This document shows positions 28,324-32,000 of a stretch of DNA of 32,000 bases, piece after piece. The notes beneath the pieces were generated by a model. It saw nothing but the letters and a program-made list of their open reading frames with translations. It was not told the origin of the DNA and ran no database searches. Within the stretch, counting starts at the first letter, position 1. The number at the start of each line of letters is the position of its first letter. The translations under genes were made by a program, and so were the position numbers. This DNA comes from Dubosiella newyorkensis (GTDB lineage Bacteria; Bacillota_I; Bacilli_A; Erysipelotrichales; Erysipelotrichaceae): NCBI RefSeq assembly GCF_001945605.1, contig NZ_MPKA01000042.1:9874-41873 (forward strand), in the 5' to 3' direction.

Positions 28324-28533
28324 TTATTCATCTTCCAGCCTATACTCCAATAAGTCGCCAGGCTGACAATCCAACACCTCGCAAAGCTTATTCAACGTCG
28401 AAAACCGGATCGCGTTGACTTTGTTGTTTTTGATCTTCGACAAATTCGCCTGCGTGATCCCCACACGATCCGCCAGATCCTGCAAAGAGATCTTCTTTTC
28501 CACCATCAATCGATCCAAACGTAGTACGATCAT
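28324..28533 (-). CDS. Small XRE-family HTH regulator (YozG-like, 69 aa)
   Basis: MIVLRLDRLMVEKKISLQDLADRVGITQANLSKIKNNKVNAIRFSTLNKLCEVLDCQPGDLLEY is the classic short HTH paired with DUF2975 genes. Only the last 69 codons of the 220-aa track ORF are used. Confidence 0.8.
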   Translation of the reverse strand: MIVLRLDRLMVEKKISLQDLADRVGITQANLSKIKNNKVNAIRFSTLNKLCEVLDCQPGDLLEYRLEDE

Positions 28534-29108
28534 TAGATGAGCCCATCCACATCTTTTTGGAGGCTGACGCCATATTGAAAGTACATTGACAATGCGATCA
28601 GCAGGCAGCCGATCGGAACCATCGAAAACTCGACCGAAGATTCTCGAACAAGACCAAGAGCCTGCAGAACGATCGAAAGGCTCAAATTGACAACACAGAT
28701 CAAGATCAAAAAGATCCCCATCTCCCGGATCATCCGCACCACATTGCTTTGAAACGGCGTGTTTCCTTGCGAAAACCACGTCTTGCCATCCGCCGTCTTC
28801 AAGATCAAGTACGCATTGCGGAAGACCATCGCCATCAAAGAAAGCGAAACAACAGAAGCAAACAAAAGGATCCGAAGCGCCAAAGGCGAAAAGCTCAGCT
28901 CCCCATGAAAATCCTGGACCACGATTGAAAAAGTCAAAGGACCAAACATAGAAGGAAACTGCAGTTCCAAAAGGTCCATCAGCCATTTCGGATTAAAGAG
29001 GGAGACCAAAAACAAGATCCCCATGACCCCAACTACGATCCAATACAGCCATTGAAGAATGTTGCACATCCAGCGCGTCAATTTTAAAAACGTGTTTTCT
29101 TTGTTCAT
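28533..29108 (-). CDS. DUF2975-like polytopic membrane protein
   Basis: 191 aa with 5 hydrophobic helices. Its stop overlaps the XRE start (TAATG). The family call rests on the conserved gene pairing and on topology. Confidence 0.65.
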   Translation of the reverse strand: MNKENTFLKLTRWMCNILQWLYWIVVGVMGILFLVSLFNPKWLMDLLELQFPSMFGPLTFSIVVQDFHGELSFSPLALRILLFASVVSLSLMAMVFRNAYLILKTADGKTWFSQGNTPFQSNVVRMIREMGIFLILICVVNLSLSIVLQALGLVRESSVEFSMVPIGCLLIALSMYFQYGVSLQKDVDGLI

Positions 29109-29118
29109 ATAGTTCTCC

Positions 29119-29197
29119 TTATCGATACTTCTAGTATATATAAAAATTATCGAAAAACAACTAAAATATATCGAAAAACGATAAATACATATCGATA
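29119..29197. promoter_or_regulatory. Array of four TATCGA-core repeats in the DUF2975-XRE promoter region
   Basis: TTATCGATA (29119-29127), TTATCGAAAAAC (29147-29158), TATCGAAAAACGATA inverted repeat (29169-29183) and TATCGATA (29190-29197). They flank a minus-strand TATATA/TATACT -10 region. Confidence 0.4.
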
Positions 29198-29215
29198 AAG
29201 GATGTTATCAACAAA

Positions 29216-29995
29216 TTACCACACATACCCAGGCTCAGGATTGTCGTTCATCATGTTCCACAATTCATCGGGCGTAAACTTTTTTCGACCCCCATATTGC
29301 AGATCTTGTTGAGAAGAACTCGGATCCATAAAATAATACATTATTGGCTCTCCGCTATCGTCATAATCCGCTCCATAAAGAACGACTTCATGCACAAGAT
29401 CGTTTTGAGACCCATACGCCACTTTCATATTGATCGAAAGAAAAACAGGATCCCCAGATTCAAGATCCATCATGATCCGTCTTTGCAGATCTTGCTTCAT
29501 CGAATCTGTTCCTTCATTCTGCTTCCACAAAACAGCTCGATATCCAGACTCCGCATCCGAAGCCGGCACTTTCCCAAAGATCAAGATCGAAGCTTCTCGA
29601 GCAAGATCTTCATACTCGGTTCCAGTGATCGGATCCGTATGCAGACGAGCCGCCAACTCTTCTTGCGTCATAGAAATTCCATGATACTCCAGCACCATCT
29701 GCAAACAAGCCACCGCACAATAATAACCCGTCTCCTGCATGCAAAAAGGGATCGCAAGCCGGACCTGCTTAGATCGAGGCAAAAGCTCTTCTTGTCCCTC
29801 ATCCACTGGCTGTGAATCCAAATCGCTAGAAAGGTTTGGATCGACCAGTTCAGTGCTTGGCGGATCCGAAGGCATTGGCTCCGTCTTGTTTATGTTTTTT
29901 GATTCCTCAACGTGCATCGGTTTCTGATTCAAGCTAGAACAGGCCGATAATCCCACCAGCATCCATAAAAAGGCAACCCATCTCTTCTTTTTCAT
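29216..29995 (-). CDS. Lipoprotein with a C39-like (papain-fold) peptidase domain
   Basis: Start at ATG 29995 after AGGAGAG. Signal peptide with lipobox LSAC-S. GYYCAVACLQMVLEYHG resembles the catalytic-Cys block of Peptidase_C39_2 proteins. Confidence 0.6.
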   Translation of the reverse strand: MKKKRWVAFLWMLVGLSACSSLNQKPMHVEESKNINKTEPMPSDPPSTELVDPNLSSDLDSQPVDEGQEELLPRSKQVRLAIPFCMQETGYYCAVACLQMVLEYHGISMTQEELAARLHTDPITGTEYEDLAREASILIFGKVPASDAESGYRAVLWKQNEGTDSMKQDLQRRIMMDLESGDPVFLSINMKVAYGSQNDLVHEVVLYGADYDDSGEPIMYYFMDPSSSQQDLQYGGRKKFTPDELWNMMNDNPEPGYVW

Positions 29996-30138
29996 ATCAG
30001 CTCTCCTTTTTTTCATTATACCATCTTTTAAAGTCAAACATTCCATTTAAAAAATCGATCCATTCTTAAAAGAGTGCACCAAAAGCGCTCAAACAATGAA
30101 TATGCTACACTAAAAAAAAGAATCAGGAGACTAGGAGA

Positions 30139-30801
30139 ATGAAAAGAAAATGTGCAGAACAAGCGTATGAACTCATCAAAGAAGGCATGACCATCGGACT
30201 TGGAGCTGGAGAAACGATCGAATATTTGATCGAATTCATCAACATGGGAACCACCAATGTCAAAGTCGTCTCCCCCTCGATGAAAACCGCCCTTTTATGC
30301 AAAAGACATGGCATCGAAGTCATCCCTACATGGCTTTGCGAACATATCGATATCGCCTTCGACGGATGCAATCAAATCGATAAATCGCTACAATGCATCA
30401 AGACTTTAGGCGCCTTGCACACTCAAGAAAAAATGATCGGCGCCATGGCCGATCAATACATCATCTTAGCCGATGAAAACAAATTTGTAGAACAAGTCGA
30501 CTTTCAAGTTCCATTAGCCGTAGAAATCCTAAAAGACGGATTCAGCTACGTTTTAAAAACCCTATTCGACATGGGCCTAAGAGCCAAAGCCCGCATTACC
30601 AACGATAAAGACGGCTACGTGATCACTGATGGAGGAAACCTCATCGTCGATGTCGATTTCCAATCCGTTAAAGACCCGATCGAAACAAATAAAGCCATCT
30701 GCAATATCCTAGGTGTCATCGACACTTCGCTCTTTTGCGACCAAGTCACAAAAGCCTTGATCGCCAAAGTGGATGGAAGCGTCATCACGATCCAAAAATA
30801 A
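30139..30801 (+). CDS. rpiA: Ribose-5-phosphate isomerase A family protein
   Basis: GLGAGETIEY (GxGxGxT), AFDGCNQID (DGADE-like block with Asn for the second Asp) and KTLGALHTQEK (KGGG..TREK-like), at 220 aa. Confidence 0.7.
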   Translation: MKRKCAEQAYELIKEGMTIGLGAGETIEYLIEFINMGTTNVKVVSPSMKTALLCKRHGIEVIPTWLCEHIDIAFDGCNQIDKSLQCIKTLGALHTQEKMIGAMADQYIILADENKFVEQVDFQVPLAVEILKDGFSYVLKTLFDMGLRAKARITNDKDGYVITDGGNLIVDVDFQSVKDPIETNKAICNILGVIDTSLFCDQVTKALIAKVDGSVITIQK

Positions 30802-30802
30802 A

Positions 30803-31543
30803 TCAACGCCCTTGAATAAAACAAGAATACATACAAATCGAACCCGCCACGCCAACATTGAGCGATTCAAAACGATCCATGTCGATCTTGACACAATCGT
30901 CGCACACACCAATGACACGATTCGACAAACCGCTGCCCTCGTTGCCCAAAACGAAGGCAGTTTTTTTCGGAAATTCGATCTCATGCAAAAAATGCGAATA
31001 CGAACGCAAAGCCGTTCCTAACACTAAAAAGCCATCTTCCTGCAACTTGCGGATCGTAGAAACCATCTCCGCCTCTTCAATATGGACTTTAAATAGAGCG
31101 CCTTGACTTGCCTGAACGACCTTTGGATTGTAAGGATCCACGCACCCCTTGGAATAAAAAATCGCATTAAACCCAAAAGAAAGAGCCGAACGAATGAGCG
31201 TACCCATATTTCCAGGATCCTGCACCTCATCCAACAAAAGAGTGCGATCGCAAGAAACAACCTTCCGATCCGGTTTATGACAAAGTCCAATACAAGAAGC
31301 ATTTGATTTCTGCAAAGAAATCTTGTTGAGAACAGCCTGCGAACACAACACCTGCTCTACATCCAGATCCAATTCAACATTTTCTGACAAAAAGATCCGA
31401 TCCAAAAGATGAGCTTCATAGGCTTCCTGGATCAAATGCACTCCCTCCACCAAAAACTGATTCGATCCATCTCGACCTTTTTTTGTATGCAGCTTGCATA
31501 CTTCCTTGATTTCTTTATTTTGTACTGATTCAATCGTTTTCAT
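30803..31543 (-). CDS. TrmH/SpoU-family RNA 2'-O-methyltransferase
   Basis: SpoU substrate-binding N-terminus (SVQNKEIKEVCKLHTKKGR) and C-terminal knot motifs (VLGNEGSGLS, ESLNVGVAGSI). The start is ambiguous: ATG 31543 is preferred, and ATG 31579 or TTG 31582 are possible. Confidence 0.8.
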   Translation of the reverse strand: MKTIESVQNKEIKEVCKLHTKKGRDGSNQFLVEGVHLIQEAYEAHLLDRIFLSENVELDLDVEQVLCSQAVLNKISLQKSNASCIGLCHKPDRKVVSCDRTLLLDEVQDPGNMGTLIRSALSFGFNAIFYSKGCVDPYNPKVVQASQGALFKVHIEEAEMVSTIRKLQEDGFLVLGTALRSYSHFLHEIEFPKKTAFVLGNEGSGLSNRVIGVCDDCVKIDMDRFESLNVGVAGSICMYSCFIQGR

Positions 31544-31588
31544 AGTTTCATTATACTGAAAATCAAAGCAGGAAAACATCAAGAAACC

Positions 31589-31617
31589 TTGAGATTTAAG
31601 AAACGCTTTTGTATAAT
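31589..31617 (+). promoter_or_regulatory. Near-consensus sigma-A promoter
   Basis: TTGAGA (31589-31594), 17-nt spacer, TATAAT (31612-31617). Confidence 0.55.
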
Positions 31618-31623
31618 TGAAAC

Positions 31624-31773
31624 ATTAAAGCGCAGAAAAGAAACAGTACTTCCGTAACGCTTGGACAGAGAAGAAGATCCAAAGGCTGAGAGATCTTCGA
31701 CAAGTATCCGGAACGAATTCACCTTGGAGCTAAGAGCCAACCCCGTCTTTACGGGTTTAGCACCATTTTTTTT
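31624..31773 (+). promoter_or_regulatory. Unclassified ~150-nt structured leader / attenuator or sRNA ending in an intrinsic terminator
   Basis: Hairpin GAAGATC-N12-GATCTTC (31673-31698). Terminator TGGAGCTAA ... AACCC-N9-GGGTT ... TTAGCACCA (31725-31765) followed by T8. UCCAAAGG (31678-31685) can alternatively pair with CCUUGGA (31722-31728). Confidence 0.4.
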
Positions 31774-31802
31774 GACCTCTTATCCTCATATCCTATCTGT
31801 TT

Positions 31803-31828
31803 ATCCCTTATTTAAAGGGATTTTTTTT
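31803..31828 (+). terminator. Second intrinsic terminator-like hairpin
   Basis: atccctt-attta-aagggat hairpin followed by T8. Confidence 0.55.
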
Positions 31829-31905
31829 GTGCATCTTTTTTTTGAATTATTTTTTTATATGCTATAATAATGGTGTTAAGGTGTTTTACACGGAGGACGT
31901 TTTCA

Positions 31906-32000
31906 TGGCTTATTTCCTTAAAAAATCGCATCTCAAAAATGGCTTGTATCTTCAGATCTATTTCTCTTTCCGCGATCCCGAAATCAAAGAGACCCGCCAC
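31906..32000 (+). CDS. 5' end of a probable DDE transposase (IS1634-like N-terminus), truncated by the window
   Basis: SD GGAGGA lies 7 nt before ATG 31906. The frame MAYFLKKSHLKNGLYLQIYFSFRDPEIKETRH is open to the window end. An upstream TTGAAT ... TGcTATAAT promoter is present. The family call is from memory of similar N-termini. Confidence 0.35.

Noticed and set aside
28534-28986. N-terminal 151-codon extension of the XRE ORF (track ORF 28324..28986)
   Set aside because: It overlaps the DUF2975 gene in another frame. The extension is Gly/Asp/Cys-rich with no domain. The HTH family is a ~70-aa protein, and ATG 28533 is coupled to the upstream stop.
29297-29815. 172-aa plus-strand ORF opposite the C39-like lipoprotein gene
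   Set aside because: It is an Arg/Ile/His-rich antisense shadow with no SD. The minus-strand ORF has an SD, a lipobox and a domain signature.
31624-31773. T-box (pheS-type) leader, expected from the TrmH/ysgA neighbourhood
   Set aside because: There is no AAUUAGGGUGGNACCGCG-like T-box sequence, no recognisable stem I with AGAGA/GNUGNGA elements, and it is too short. A UUC triplet alone is not evidence.

Overview
This looks like a chromosomal segment from a Gram-positive, Bacillota-type genome, judging by strong GGAGG-type SD sites, hairpin plus T-run terminators and lipobox lipoproteins. About two thirds is ordinary core content. That includes an ABC-F ATPase, lepB, a GntR-controlled GH1/GH1/SASA-esterase sugar locus with tRNA-Gln inside it, gltX, MscS, a Cof-type HAD phosphatase and an M24 aminopeptidase. 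It also includes galE, mscL, MarR-TauE, purA, an RpiA-like gene and a TrmH-family methyltransferase. Between about 19.9 kb and 29.2 kb the core genes tRNA-Trp and purA are interleaved with accessory insertions. (1) A tyrosine integrase is followed by a GIY-YIG nuclease / DUF2075 (Schlafen-type) helicase fusion, directly upstream of tRNA-Trp. (2) A 35-codon hydrophobic peptide gene has a convergent, terminator-bounded antisense transcript, which is type I toxin-antitoxin architecture. (3) A block of uncharacterised small genes follows. (4) An AT-rich higB/higA-type cassette is bracketed by about 245-bp diverged direct repeats that duplicate the purA/XRE intergenic spacer. (5) A DUF2975-XRE pair sits behind a TATCGA repeat array. 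At the right edge, a consensus promoter drives an unclassified ~150-nt structured leader ending in a terminator, followed by what looks like the start of an IS transposase. I saw no CRISPR array, rRNA or prophage structural genes. All family assignments come from motif recognition by eye, not from searches.
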